From an uncultured Bacilli bacterium (GTDB lineage: Bacteria; Bacillota_I; Bacilli_A; RF39; UBA660), in contig CAKOLT010000001.1 of the NCBI GenBank assembly GCA_934096315.1, positions 43,412 to 107,411 of the forward strand: a stretch of 64,000 nt of DNA. Direction: 5' to 3'. The notes beneath the pieces are model-generated. The model worked only from the letters and a program-made list of their open reading frames with translations. It was not told the DNA's origin and ran no database searches. Position numbers and translations under genes: made by a program. This document shows positions 23,748 through 33,445 of the stretch, piece by piece (position 1 is the first letter of the stretch; each line of letters begins with the position of its first letter).

Positions 23748-25934
23748 CTATTTATTAACTTTTATACCTTCACAAAGCATATTTTTTAAAGTAGTTTTTC
23801 TATTAACATTATCATTATTAACTCCATATAAAAATGAAGACTTGTCTCCTACTAAAAGAAGAATCTTTTTTGCTCTCGTTATAGCAGTATAAACTAACTT
23901 ATTATATAACATCCTCTTAAAAGAATTACTAAAAGGAATAATAACCATAGGAAATTCTCCCCCTTGGGATTTATGAATACTAATAGCATATCCATGAGTA
24001 AAATTAATATAATCCTTCGGAGTATATGTAACATAATTATCATCAAAAGATATTATTATTTCACTAGAAGACTTTGTCTTATTAATATGTCTAATGTATC
24101 CTAAATCACCATTATAAACATTTTTTTCAGAATCATTAACAAGCTGAATAACTCTGTCACCTTCCCTATAAATAACTTCAGATAAAACTATTTCATTTTT
24201 ACTTAAATTTTTAGGATTAAATACCTCCTGAAGACATTTATTCAAATTATCAATTCCATTTAATGATTTATACATCGGAGCAAGAACTTGAATATCACTT
24301 TCCTTATACCCTTTTTCCAAAGCCTTATCAATAACTGAAGTAATAAGATCTACAATATAATCATTCGGACACTCAATAAAATTATAATCATCTTTTTTTA
24401 AATCAAAATTATCTTCAATTTTCTTCTCCCTAACCTCACTTGCTAAAAGAGCTATATACGAATTATTATTCTGTCTATACAAAAAATCTAAAGGTGCAAT
24501 ATCAATTACTCCAGAATCAATAAAATCTTTTAACACTTGCCCTTCTCTAACACTAGGAAGCTGGTAATAATCCCCCACAAATATATATTTACTACTTTTC
24601 TTAGTACCCTTAAATAAAGCTTCCATAAGAAGTGTATCAATCATACTAGATTCATCAATAATAATATATTTCTCATTATTAGGATTACTCTCATCTACAG
24701 AAAACATACCCGTATCCTTATCCCATCCTAAATATCTATGTATAGTAGAAGAAGGAAGGTTTGTAGATTCTGATAACCTTTTACTAGCTCTACCTGTCGG
24801 AGCAAGAAGAGCAATATCCCCATTTGAAACACCATATCCTTCTTTCAATAAATAAATAATAGCCTTAACAATAGTAGTCTTACCAGTTCCAGGACCCCCA
24901 GTAATTATAGTTATATTATTTCTTAAAGCTTTAAGTATTGCATTCTTTTGACTAACATCATAAGTAAAATTATTAATCTCTTCCAATTTTTCTAACAATT
25001 TTATAGCCTTTTTATTTTCAGAATTAACCCCATTAACAAGCCTTAACACTCTATCTGCAATATATTCTTCAGCATCATAAAAGTTTTTTAAATAAACTTT
25101 ATCATCGTTAACAACTATTACAGCCTTTTTATTTAATTTAAGAAGAATATACTCAAAATCATCATAACTATAATCATTAATATCTAAAATTAAAGCACTA
25201 TATAAATCATGAGCAAGAACATAAGTATCACCATTTTTTGACATAATCTCCCATATTAAATAAGTAATTAGACTACTAACCCTTCTTTCATCAGAAATCT
25301 CTATATCTAAATTATTTACTGCAATAAGATCAATTTCCTTAAAAGAATAATCCATATCATAAATTAATTTATATATATTATTATTAACAACATTTAAAGT
25401 ATTATCCCCATACTTATTAACTATATTAATAGCATCCTTAGAACTAAAACCAATCTTAGATAACTCAAGAACTGTATTATTATAACTCTCATATTTAACT
25501 AAAGTATCATGTATCTTATCAATTCTTTTTTGACTAAGTCTAGGTATCATCAATAACTTTTCCGGGGTATTCAATATTACACTTAAAGTATTCTCCTTAA
25601 AAGCATTAACTATCTTTTGAGCAGTTTTTTCTCCAATAGGAAAAACATCACTAGATAAATAATCTATTAATTCATCTTTCTTCTCCGGTTTAATAACTTC
25701 GTAAGCTTCTACCAAAAACTGTTTCCCATACTTATCATGAACAACAACTTCACCCTTTATATGATATAAATCTTTTTCATTAATATTAGAAAAAGAACCT
25801 ACAAAACTATATGTATTTTTAGTAGTCTCTATATCCGTCTCTTTAATCTTAATTAAACCTACAGTATAACCATTTATCTCATTATGATAAATTATATGTG
25901 TTATCTTACCTTTAATATAATTCATATTAACCAC
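23748..25934 (-). CDS. recD2: ATP-dependent RecD2-like DNA helicase (YrrC family)
   Basis: Walker A GGPGTGKTT, SF1 helicase motifs, N-terminal HhH/OB region typical of RecD2. Confidence 0.85.
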   Translation of the reverse strand: MVNMNYIKGKITHIIYHNEINGYTVGLIKIKETDIETTKNTYSFVGSFSNINEKDLYHIKGEVVVHDKYGKQFLVEAYEVIKPEKKDELIDYLSSDVFPIGEKTAQKIVNAFKENTLSVILNTPEKLLMIPRLSQKRIDKIHDTLVKYESYNNTVLELSKIGFSSKDAINIVNKYGDNTLNVVNNNIYKLIYDMDYSFKEIDLIAVNNLDIEISDERRVSSLITYLIWEIMSKNGDTYVLAHDLYSALILDINDYSYDDFEYILLKLNKKAVIVVNDDKVYLKNFYDAEEYIADRVLRLVNGVNSENKKAIKLLEKLEEINNFTYDVSQKNAILKALRNNITIITGGPGTGKTTIVKAIIYLLKEGYGVSNGDIALLAPTGRASKRLSESTNLPSSTIHRYLGWDKDTGMFSVDESNPNNEKYIIIDESSMIDTLLMEALFKGTKKSSKYIFVGDYYQLPSVREGQVLKDFIDSGVIDIAPLDFLYRQNNNSYIALLASEVREKKIEDNFDLKKDDYNFIECPNDYIVDLITSVIDKALEKGYKESDIQVLAPMYKSLNGIDNLNKCLQEVFNPKNLSKNEIVLSEVIYREGDRVIQLVNDSEKNVYNGDLGYIRHINKTKSSSEIIISFDDNYVTYTPKDYINFTHGYAISIHKSQGGEFPMVIIPFSNSFKRMLYNKLVYTAITRAKKILLLVGDKSSFLYGVNNDNVNRKTTLKNMLCEGIKVNK

Positions 25935-25940
25935 TATCCT

Positions 25941-26417
25941 CTATATTTCTTTAACTAATAAATGATTAAAATCCTGTTTACTTTTTAATAACTGCTTTAA
26001 AACAGGAGGTTTAATATTATAATTATCAATATCATCAATATTAATCCATTTAAAATCAAGTTTAACAGTATGTCCTTTATCATTTTCTACATAAGTAAAA
26101 TCTTCAGAAGGTATCTCTCCAGATGGAGTAACTAAATAATAAAAAGCAATCTCATGCATCTTATTATTATATTTATTTATAAAAAAATTCTCTATTACCC
26201 CAAGATATTTAATAATATTAAACTCCATTCTAACCTCTTCTCTAAGCTCTCTAACTAGGCCACTAGAACTATCTTCTCCAAGCTCAATATATCCTCCCGG
26301 AAGAGCTAAAAAATCACTATCATCCATACTAACCATAAGTATTTTATTATCATTAATAATAACTCCACTTCCTCGTAATTTAAAAGTAAAGTCTTCTGCC
26401 ACTAACCTAATATCCAT
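25941..26417 (-). CDS. NUDIX hydrolase
   Basis: Nudix box GGYIELGEDSSSGLVRELREEV. Confidence 0.75.
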   Translation of the reverse strand: MDIRLVAEDFTFKLRGSGVIINDNKILMVSMDDSDFLALPGGYIELGEDSSSGLVRELREEVRMEFNIIKYLGVIENFFINKYNNKMHEIAFYYLVTPSGEIPSEDFTYVENDKGHTVKLDFKWINIDDIDNYNIKPPVLKQLLKSKQDFNHLLVKEI

Positions 26418-26471
26418 TATACCTCCTTTATTTATAATAAAAAAACCTTATACTAAGGGTTTATTTTCTTC

Positions 26472-26547
26472 TGGTGCCGAATGTAGGACTTGAACCCACA
26501 ACCTTCTGATTACGATTCAGTTGCTCTACCAATTGAGCTAAGTCGGC
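26472..26547 (-). tRNA. tRNA-Thr (anticodon CGU)
   Basis: Cloverleaf GCCGACTTAGCTCAATTGGTAGAGC..CTGAATCGTAATCAG..GGTTCAAGTCC..CACCA with anticodon loop AUCGUAA. Confidence 0.7.
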
Positions 26548-26548
26548 A

Positions 26549-26624
26549 TGGTGACTCGTATGGGACTTGAACCCATGTATATTGCCTTGAGAGGGCAACG
26601 TGTTAACCACTTCACCAACGAGCC
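26549..26624 (-). tRNA. tRNA-Glu (anticodon CUC)
   Basis: GGCTCGTTGGTGAAGTGGTTAACAC..TTGCCCTCTCAAGGCAA..GGGTTCAAGTCCC..CACCA. Overall pattern matches Firmicute tRNA-Glu. Anticodon loop CUCUCAA. Confidence 0.7.
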
Positions 26625-26785
26625 ATTAATATTAAGATAACACTATTTTATCATATATATATAAATTTTACAATATATTTTATTATTTTTTTTAATATTT
26701 TAAAAAGCCATTCATCCCCACATTCATAGAGGTTAAATGACTTTCTATTTTAACATTTATAATATTAATATAATTTACATAATTA

Positions 26786-27241
26786 TTATTTCTTATTAGT
26801 AGTATTATTAATTATTATTTGATTTTTTACATTTAAATTATCAAACACTAAAATATCATCAATTTTAATGTTATTCATAATAGTATCAGTATCTATTAAA
26901 CTCTCATCATACCATTTCTTATTATTACAAAAAGGACATCTCTTTTTTGAAGTAAATAACAACTTACCTTCTTCTTCAAAATAAGAAACATGAAAAGAAC
27001 GGGTTCTAATATTATTTAATACCTTAATATTTTCAACATCAACCTTTAAGTCTTCAAGACTTTTAATACAAGTCTTCCCCTGCACATCATCACCACAGAC
27101 TCCGAAAACTGCCGTATCAATTCCCATTTTTGCTAAATTGGCAATAATGTTATGTGAAGTCATACCTCCATTTACACCTATTAATTTACCATCCTTATAA
27201 TAATAATCAGTCACAAGATCTCCTATACTAACTACTCTCAT
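26786..27241 (-). CDS. PfkB-family carbohydrate kinase N-terminal fragment (possibly truncated/pseudogene)
   Basis: N-terminal ~90 aa fit PfkB/ribokinase (GDLVTD..GG...N.A..LAKMG..TAVFGVCGDD.QG). The ORF is only 151 aa with a divergent tail. Confidence 0.35.
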   Translation of the reverse strand: MRVVSIGDLVTDYYYKDGKLIGVNGGMTSHNIIANLAKMGIDTAVFGVCGDDVQGKTCIKSLEDLKVDVENIKVLNNIRTRSFHVSYFEEEGKLLFTSKKRCPFCNNKKWYDESLIDTDTIMNNIKIDDILVFDNLNVKNQIIINNTTNKK

Positions 27242-27245
27242 TTTA

Positions 27246-27914
27246 CTAACTTCCTTTCGTATTTTTCATTAACCATTCATATAAATATTTATCTTTAAAT
27301 GCATGCGATGTTAAGTAATGATTATCATCTTTTATAATTTTTAATTCAATATTTGTTGCTCCAATATCTTTCAATTTATTGTAAGCAGTTATACTTTGAT
27401 TTAAATCTATAACATCATCATTATCTCCATGATAGATTAAAATTGCTTTTTCTTTTATTGGAAACAAGACCTGATCTATTGGAAGCGTTATACCACCCGC
27501 AACTGATATAATTCCCTTAAACAAATTAGGTCTTTGTATTAAATAATTCCATGCACCATAAGCTCCCATACTCGAACCAGATATAAAAATATTATTTTTA
27601 TCAAACTTAAATTTTTTATATTCAATATCTAATATTTTTTCAACATCTCTTAAATGATAATCCCAAAAATTATTATCTTGACATTGAGGAGCAATCACAA
27701 TATACGGAATATCAAATCTATTCATGTATTTAGGTAATGCATATTTTTCAATATCAGCAAGATTATCTCCACGCTCTCCTATTCCATGTAAATAAACTAA
27801 TACCGGCATACTTTCCCTGACATTATTTGGAAAATAAACATAGTACTTAAATGTTTTTTTATTAAAACTTATTTTTTGTCTTCTTTTTAACATTTTGTAA
27901 CTCCTTTTAACCAC
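27246..27914 (-). CDS. Alpha/beta-hydrolase (phospholipase/carboxylesterase family)
   Basis: GSSMGAYGAW nucleophile elbow (GxSxG), HG oxyanion region, Asp/His downstream. Confidence 0.6.
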   Translation of the reverse strand: MVKRSYKMLKRRQKISFNKKTFKYYVYFPNNVRESMPVLVYLHGIGERGDNLADIEKYALPKYMNRFDIPYIVIAPQCQDNNFWDYHLRDVEKILDIEYKKFKFDKNNIFISGSSMGAYGAWNYLIQRPNLFKGIISVAGGITLPIDQVLFPIKEKAILIYHGDNDDVIDLNQSITAYNKLKDIGATNIELKIIKDDNHYLTSHAFKDKYLYEWLMKNTKGS

Positions 27915-27966
27915 ATTATATCATGATTCTATATATTTTAATATATATTATTTAAAAAAAATAACC

Positions 27967-29616
27967 CTACACCGTAGAGTTATCCATATACTTACAAAAT
28001 CCTTCAATCCTCTTTAATACCCTATCCTTCCCCATAACCTTCATAATCTGATATAAATCTGGAGTATTTAAAGAAGCTGTCAAACTTACCCTTATTAATT
28101 CACACACATCCCCAACATGTCCCTTATAATCCCCTGGACTATTCTTATAATCCTTAACCTCTCTAGCAAAACCAAACTCTTCACACAACTGTTTAATATT
28201 ATCATACCACAAGTTAATATCATCAAAATCATCATAATAATTATTAATATAACTAAGAAGAATATCCTTTGAATAAAAATCTTTGATAATTATATCATTA
28301 TAACTAAATAATTCATCATACATATACCATATATTATTTCTTATATCACTATATTTAGAGTAATCCTTACGAGGTTTCTTTACCCCTCTTTCAATATTCA
28401 AAACATTAATAGTATAATCTCTATATTTATTAATCAAACTATAAAAATCCTTATCAAACACTTTCACATAATTAAGTAAACGATCATATAAATCTTCTGC
28501 TGATAAAAAAGAAATATAATTCTTAGAAATATTCAACAACTTATCCATATCAAATATAGACCCACTCGAAGACATCTTATTAAATGTAAATTTAAAAGAA
28601 TCAATACCATTATCTGGATTAGAACTAATATACCCTTCAAAATTCGTATTAGCTATAGTCATCAAATATAACTTAACTGCCTCATAACAAATACCTTCCT
28701 CATAATAATAACTAACCTTAGCAAAAACATCACGTCTTTTACTAATCTTTCTAGTAGTCTCACCATCCTTTATCATTAAAGGAGATATATGAGCGTATTT
28801 AGGTAGTTTAAAATTAAAAATTTGAAATAACTGATAATGAATAGGAAAAGATGATAACCACTCATCACCCCTGATAACATGAGTAACCCTCATTAAATGA
28901 TCATCCACTAAATGAGCAAAATGATAAGTAGGATACCCATCACTCTTAATAAGAACTATATCTAAATCATTCTCTGGAAATTCTACTTCTCCCTTCACTA
29001 AATCCTTAAATTTAATTCTATTATTAAAATTACCATTAGATTTTAATCTAATAACAAACTTCTTTCCCTTAGAAATATTTTCCTTAATATCCTCAAGAGA
29101 TAAATCACGGCACTTAGCATAAGATCCATAATAACCAATCCTATCTTTCTTCTCCATTTGCTCACTTCTAATATTAGATAACTCTTCCTCTGTACAAAAA
29201 CAAGGATAAGCTAAATTATTTTTAACTAAAAAATAAGCATATGCTAAGTATATATCTAATCTCTTAGACTGAAGGTAAGGAACATATAACCCCTTCTCTT
29301 CTTCTTCACTAATCATTCCCTCATCAAATGTAATATCAAAATCACGTAAATCATTAATAATATTAGTTACCGACCCCGGTATAAGTCTCTTTTGGTCTGT
29401 ATCCTCAATTCTAAGAAGACATACTCCATTATTATCACTAGCATACTTCCTATTAATAAAAGAAGTAAATAAAGATCCAATATGGACAAAACCAGTCGGA
29501 GAAGGAGCAAACCTTGTAACAACCTTCTCCTTTCTATAAGAATATTTTTCCTCATAAAAACTAATATCATGTTTGATATTAGGAAATAATAACTTTGCTA
29601 TATATTCATAATTCAT
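27967..29616 (-). CDS. gltX: Glutamate--tRNA ligase (with ~60-aa C-terminal extension)
   Basis: RFAPSPTGFVHIGSL (HIGH), KISKR (KMSKS) class I motifs. 549 aa. Confidence 0.9.
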   Translation of the reverse strand: MNYEYIAKLLFPNIKHDISFYEEKYSYRKEKVVTRFAPSPTGFVHIGSLFTSFINRKYASDNNGVCLLRIEDTDQKRLIPGSVTNIINDLRDFDITFDEGMISEEEEKGLYVPYLQSKRLDIYLAYAYFLVKNNLAYPCFCTEEELSNIRSEQMEKKDRIGYYGSYAKCRDLSLEDIKENISKGKKFVIRLKSNGNFNNRIKFKDLVKGEVEFPENDLDIVLIKSDGYPTYHFAHLVDDHLMRVTHVIRGDEWLSSFPIHYQLFQIFNFKLPKYAHISPLMIKDGETTRKISKRRDVFAKVSYYYEEGICYEAVKLYLMTIANTNFEGYISSNPDNGIDSFKFTFNKMSSSGSIFDMDKLLNISKNYISFLSAEDLYDRLLNYVKVFDKDFYSLINKYRDYTINVLNIERGVKKPRKDYSKYSDIRNNIWYMYDELFSYNDIIIKDFYSKDILLSYINNYYDDFDDINLWYDNIKQLCEEFGFAREVKDYKNSPGDYKGHVGDVCELIRVSLTASLNTPDLYQIMKVMGKDRVLKRIEGFCKYMDNSTV

Positions 29617-29629
29617 TATATCACCTTAT

Positions 29630-29703
29630 TGGTTGCCATAGCTAGATTCGAACTAGCGATGTCGGAGTCAGAGTCCGATGCCTTACCGCTTGGCTATATG
29701 GCA
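29630..29703 (-). tRNA. tRNA-Gln (anticodon CUG), 3' CCA ends 13 nt upstream of the gltX start
   Basis: TGCCATATAGCCAAGCGGTAAGGCATCGGACTCTGACTCCGACATCGCTAGTTCGAATCTAGCTATGGCAACCA parallels Bacillus tRNA-Gln. Anticodon loop CUCUGAC. Confidence 0.75.
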
Positions 29704-29825
29704 ATCACAGTACTAATTATAACACTAAATAAATATTTTTCAATACTTTTTATAAAATTTACAAAATAAACCGTTATTATACACAAGCAAATATTACTTA
29801 AAAACATAAAACAAAATAAATGTGA

Positions 29826-30058
29826 GGTAGAATATCTGGAGTAACTAATGATACCAGAGGTAAATTCTATTTATATAATACTACTACTAGTGAGAAAATT
29901 AGTGATATGGAATTTACTTTAAATAAAGGTTCTACCAGTGATATGGATTTTCCAGAAGTTAATTTTGCAGATATTTATACTGGGGGGTAATCTTGAAGTT
30001 AGAACTGAAATTATTGGTAATGATACAGGTAATATATCATATTCAATGATTAATGTTA
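29826..30058 (+). pseudogene. C-terminal gene fragment lacking a start codon and interrupted by a G6 homopolymer frameshift
   Basis: Frame 1 ...TSEKISDMEFTLNKGSTSDMDFPEVNFADIYTGG stops at GGGGGG (29982-29987). Frame +1 continues NLEVRTEIIGNDTGNISYSMINVILKSYKM*. No in-frame ATG. Confidence 0.35.
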
Positions 30059-30117
30059 TTCTTAAAAGTTATAAAATGTAAAAATAGTTTACATCAAAAG
30101 TGATATAAACTATTTTT

Positions 30118-30762
30118 TTATTTTACTCTTTTCTTATACTTTGCATCTACTGTCTTTTTACTAGAATCTAACTCTAATAACTCATTTTTAAGGTTTATAA
30201 GCATCTCTTTATCATTAACTTCTTTAATACTGTTATCTTCTTTTTTAGTTTTTATTTTCTTTATTTCCATTTCCTCTAATTTTTTCTCTTCTCTCTCTAT
30301 TAGCTTCGAAATAATTTTCATCTCATTTTGAAGTTTTTTTGATTTATTACCTTCCCTAAAAGCTAAAACTAAATTCACAATAGCAAGTCCAAGAATTGGG
30401 GCACTTACGACAGCTCCAAGAATAAATGACAAAACAAATGTCTCATTAATCCACCCTAGTGATGAATTAAATATAAAACTACTACCAAAAATAGGAAATA
30501 AATTACCAAAAATATATGATACTGCAGGAATCGCTATACCAAATAATAAACACTGTAAAGCTTTAACTTGGTATTCTCCCATACTTAAAAGTAACTTAAA
30601 ACTATCTCTTCCTGCTATAAAAAGTTTATTTTTCAAATATTCAATTGCATTCTCCTGAGATAGTATCTCCTCAATATTATGACAATTATCAACTACTTTT
30701 TGATCCCCTAACTCATCATTTATAATTACCTTATCACCACGATTAATATATTCTTTATTCAT
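30118..30762 (-). CDS. Two-TM membrane protein, paralog 1 of a tandem pair (N-terminal soluble domain, C-terminal coiled coil)
   Basis: Start MNKEYINRGDK after AAGGGGGG SD. Paralogous to the upstream gene (GDKV.I.DE.G.....D.C.N.E..L..ENAIE.L). Confidence 0.5.
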   Translation of the reverse strand: MNKEYINRGDKVIINDELGDQKVVDNCHNIEEILSQENAIEYLKNKLFIAGRDSFKLLLSMGEYQVKALQCLLFGIAIPAVSYIFGNLFPIFGSSFIFNSSLGWINETFVLSFILGAVVSAPILGLAIVNLVLAFREGNKSKKLQNEMKIISKLIEREEKKLEEMEIKKIKTKKEDNSIKEVNDKEMLINLKNELLELDSSKKTVDAKYKKRVK

Positions 30763-31387
30763 CCATATCCCCCCTTCTTTTAGAAAGTATCTTAACACCT
30801 TCCTTAGTATCAACTTCACTTTGTAATTTAATTAACTCACTTTTAAGTTCATGCAATCTCTTTATATCATTAACTGGTATTTCTTTACTATTTACTTCTA
30901 CTGAAGTATGACTATTCTCAAGTTTTTGTAGCTTCTTTTGTGCAGAAATTAATAAATCTTCAACTTTATAATACTCATTACACATATTTAACAAATTCTT
31001 TTTAAGTTTAGTAACTAATCTACATCTATATAAACTATCGGCAAACATACCCACGGTAAAGGAACCAGATAAAACCAAAAGAGAACTAATAACTAACTTT
31101 GTAACCCCCTCAAACAAATAAAAACACTCTGCTCCAAGAATAAAAGATATTAAACTAGCAAGTCCCAAAACAAAATGGTCAAAAGAAAGCGTAGAATTCT
31201 TACTATATAAAGAATTAACTGTACTAATCTTATCACTTAATCTATCTTTCATTTTAGAAAGCACTTCTATAGCATTTTCTTCAATTAATTTATCTTCTAA
31301 ATTCTCACAAGAATCCATAAGTCTTAAGTTACCTTTTTCATCAAATACTTTAACTTTATCTCCAACCCATATAAATGATTTATTCAT
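30755..31387 (-). CDS. Two-TM membrane protein, paralog 2 of the tandem pair
   Basis: Start MNKSFIWVGDK after GGAGGG SD. Same architecture as the downstream paralog. Confidence 0.5.
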   Translation of the reverse strand: MNKSFIWVGDKVKVFDEKGNLRLMDSCENLEDKLIEENAIEVLSKMKDRLSDKISTVNSLYSKNSTLSFDHFVLGLASLISFILGAECFYLFEGVTKLVISSLLVLSGSFTVGMFADSLYRCRLVTKLKKNLLNMCNEYYKVEDLLISAQKKLQKLENSHTSVEVNSKEIPVNDIKRLHELKSELIKLQSEVDTKEGVKILSKRRGDMDE

Positions 31388-31447
31388 AATAACTAACCCT
31401 CCTACAGTAAAAAAAAAATTATATAAAATAACTTTTTTCATAAAAAA

Positions 31448-31524
31448 TGGCGTCCCCGATAGGATTCGAACCTATGACCGCACGCTTAGAAGGCGTGTGC
31501 TCTATCCAGCTGAGCTACGAGGAC
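31448..31524 (-). tRNA. tRNA-Arg (anticodon UCU)
   Basis: GTCCTCGTAGCTCAGCTGGATAGAGCACACGCCTTCTAAGCGTG..GGTTCGAATCC..GGGGACGCCA. Anticodon loop CUUCUAA. Confidence 0.75.
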
Positions 31525-31572
31525 AACAGTGCATAACCAAGTTACAAACAGATTATACACCATTTTTTTAAA

Positions 31573-32544
31573 TTAATCAAGGTTTTTTAATAAAATTGTT
31601 GATATTTTTTGATTATTTGTATTAAAAACAACTTCTTTTACCCCAAGACTATCTTCTAAAGACAAACAAATCGTATAAACAACCTCTTCTAAAATACTAC
31701 CTGAAGCTATATCATTTAAGATCATTTCATTAAAATTAAGAGTAATAGAATCATCATTTAATTCATAATTAAGTAGTTTAGTACTTTCATTTAAAAAACT
31801 CATTAAATTACTTTCATAAGAAAACGAAGTAGCCAGTGTATTAATTATTAATTTTATCTTATCTTGATTATCATTATTTATATACTTAGTAACAGGAACA
31901 TAATAATAATTATCATTATACGAACTAACATAATACACAGTATAAGACTGAGCATTATTTAAAGTAGTTAAACTATACTCTTTATTAATTCCATATGATC
32001 TATCTAATATTTCATTTAACTTTTTACCAGAATTAGGAAGGGTCTTAAGTTCGTTAGATTCTACTAGAATCTTTATTTTATTAATACCATCAAGTTGTGT
32101 TAAAGTATATACTAAAGCCTCAATCATCTTCTCTTCATAATCTTTAGAAATATCAAGTATATCTTTAGAGAAATCAATAGTAAGCACATCATTATCTAAA
32201 GATAAATTCAATATCTTAGTATTCGGAGGTAATATACTCCGAAATCCATTAGGTATAATATTACTTTGCATACCATCTATTATTAGCCCTTCAATTAACT
32301 GCCTAGCCTTAGAGACAACATCACAATTACAAGTAACAATACTACTTCTTCCAATATAATCATTTTTATCAAGTAAATAAATAGTTTCTAAAGTATTATT
32401 TTGAATGTAGGTAACATCATCATTCTTAAGTGTTAACTCCTCCATCTTTGAAGATGGAATTAAATAAATAAGAAGGAGTATAAATAGGCTTAAAGAAGAG
32501 ACCATTATTTTTTTCATAGACATTCTCAAAAGCATTAGAATCAC
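31573..32544 (-). CDS. gerM: Germination/sporulation lipoprotein GerM (two GerMN domains)
   Basis: IPNGFRSILPPNTKILNLSLDNDVLTIDFSKD and YTVYYVSSYNDNYYYVPVTKYINND align with B. subtilis GerM (PNGFRAVLPADT...DFS ; LTVYYLAENEDSEYYVPVTKRID). Confidence 0.75.
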   Translation of the reverse strand: MILMLLRMSMKKIMVSSLSLFILLLIYLIPSSKMEELTLKNDDVTYIQNNTLETIYLLDKNDYIGRSSIVTCNCDVVSKARQLIEGLIIDGMQSNIIPNGFRSILPPNTKILNLSLDNDVLTIDFSKDILDISKDYEEKMIEALVYTLTQLDGINKIKILVESNELKTLPNSGKKLNEILDRSYGINKEYSLTTLNNAQSYTVYYVSSYNDNYYYVPVTKYINNDNQDKIKLIINTLATSFSYESNLMSFLNESTKLLNYELNDDSITLNFNEMILNDIASGSILEEVVYTICLSLEDSLGVKEVVFNTNNQKISTILLKNLD

Positions 32545-32596
32545 CTATTAGAGTATATGAAAAAAATATATAAATATACTAAAAGAAATAACTTTT

Positions 32597-32803
32597 TTAT
32601 AAAGCTATTTCCTTTAGTTTAATAAGTTCTACTACTGCTTGTGCTCTTCCTTTAACAGCAAGTTTTTGCATTGCATTTGAAATATGATTTCTTACAGTCT
32701 TTTCACTAATTTTTAATACACTAGCTATTTCCCTAGTTGTTTTATTCTTTACTAGTAAATTAAATACTTCTCTTTCTCTTTTTGTTAGTATACTTTTATT
32801 CAT
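32597..32803 (-). CDS. gerE: Spore coat transcription regulator GerE (LuxR-type HTH)
   Basis: LTKREREVFNLLVKNKTTREIASVLKISEKTVRNHISNAMQKLAVKGRAQAVVEL is near-identical in pattern to B. subtilis GerE. Confidence 0.85.
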   Translation of the reverse strand: MNKSILTKREREVFNLLVKNKTTREIASVLKISEKTVRNHISNAMQKLAVKGRAQAVVELIKLKEIAL

Positions 32804-32891
32804 AAATACCTCACTTCCCTATAGGGTGGTCTATGTTTACTCATAATATAGTATGCCATGTTACCATAAAAGTGAGAGTATTTTACCTATT

Positions 32892-33386
32892 TTAGTTTTG
32901 AAATTGCACTGAAATATACATTTTAGTATCATACAGACTCTGTACTAACCTCATTATTTCATTTGCAAGAGAGGCAGAATGCTCACTAGAACCTACGACT
33001 ACTCTAATCTGATCACCATCAGTTTTTACAAAAGTATCTAGTTTTAATTCTGTTTTAATTTTTTCCTCAATCATCTCTTCTTTAGCAACTTTACCATTTA
33101 CTTTCTTTAATTCTTCAAACGCTTTATTCTTCTCTTCTACAGAAGTTTTAGAATCAGATAATTTTTCTTTTATTTCTGATATTTCCTTATTTGAAGCATT
33201 ATCATCCTCAAGTTTTAAAGCTGATATAACATCTGTTTCTGTAATATTTACTTTAGCTTCTTCATTTGCACTTTCTGCATTATTATTAGTAACAAAAGCA
33301 TCAGTAGGCATAGTTACATAATAAATACTTAATACAAGTACTAAACTAAATAATGTTAAAAACCATAAATTATTCTTATTTATCAT
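32892..33386 (-). CDS. spoIIIAH: Stage III sporulation protein AH-like (SpoIIIAH), orphan copy
   Basis: N-terminal anchor NNLWFLTLFSLVLVLSIYYVTMP matches SpoIIIAH (VWLLTMLSLVVVLSVYYIMSP). C-terminal YscJ-like segment DGDQIRVVVGSSEHSASLANEIMRLV. Confidence 0.6.
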   Translation of the reverse strand: MINKNNLWFLTLFSLVLVLSIYYVTMPTDAFVTNNNAESANEEAKVNITETDVISALKLEDDNASNKEISEIKEKLSDSKTSVEEKNKAFEELKKVNGKVAKEEMIEEKIKTELKLDTFVKTDGDQIRVVVGSSEHSASLANEIMRLVQSLYDTKMYISVQFQN

Positions 33387-33445
33387 ATATTCCCTCTTTT
33401 CTAGTAAATTATATTAAGCGAAAAAGAAAATATGAAAAAAAGATA

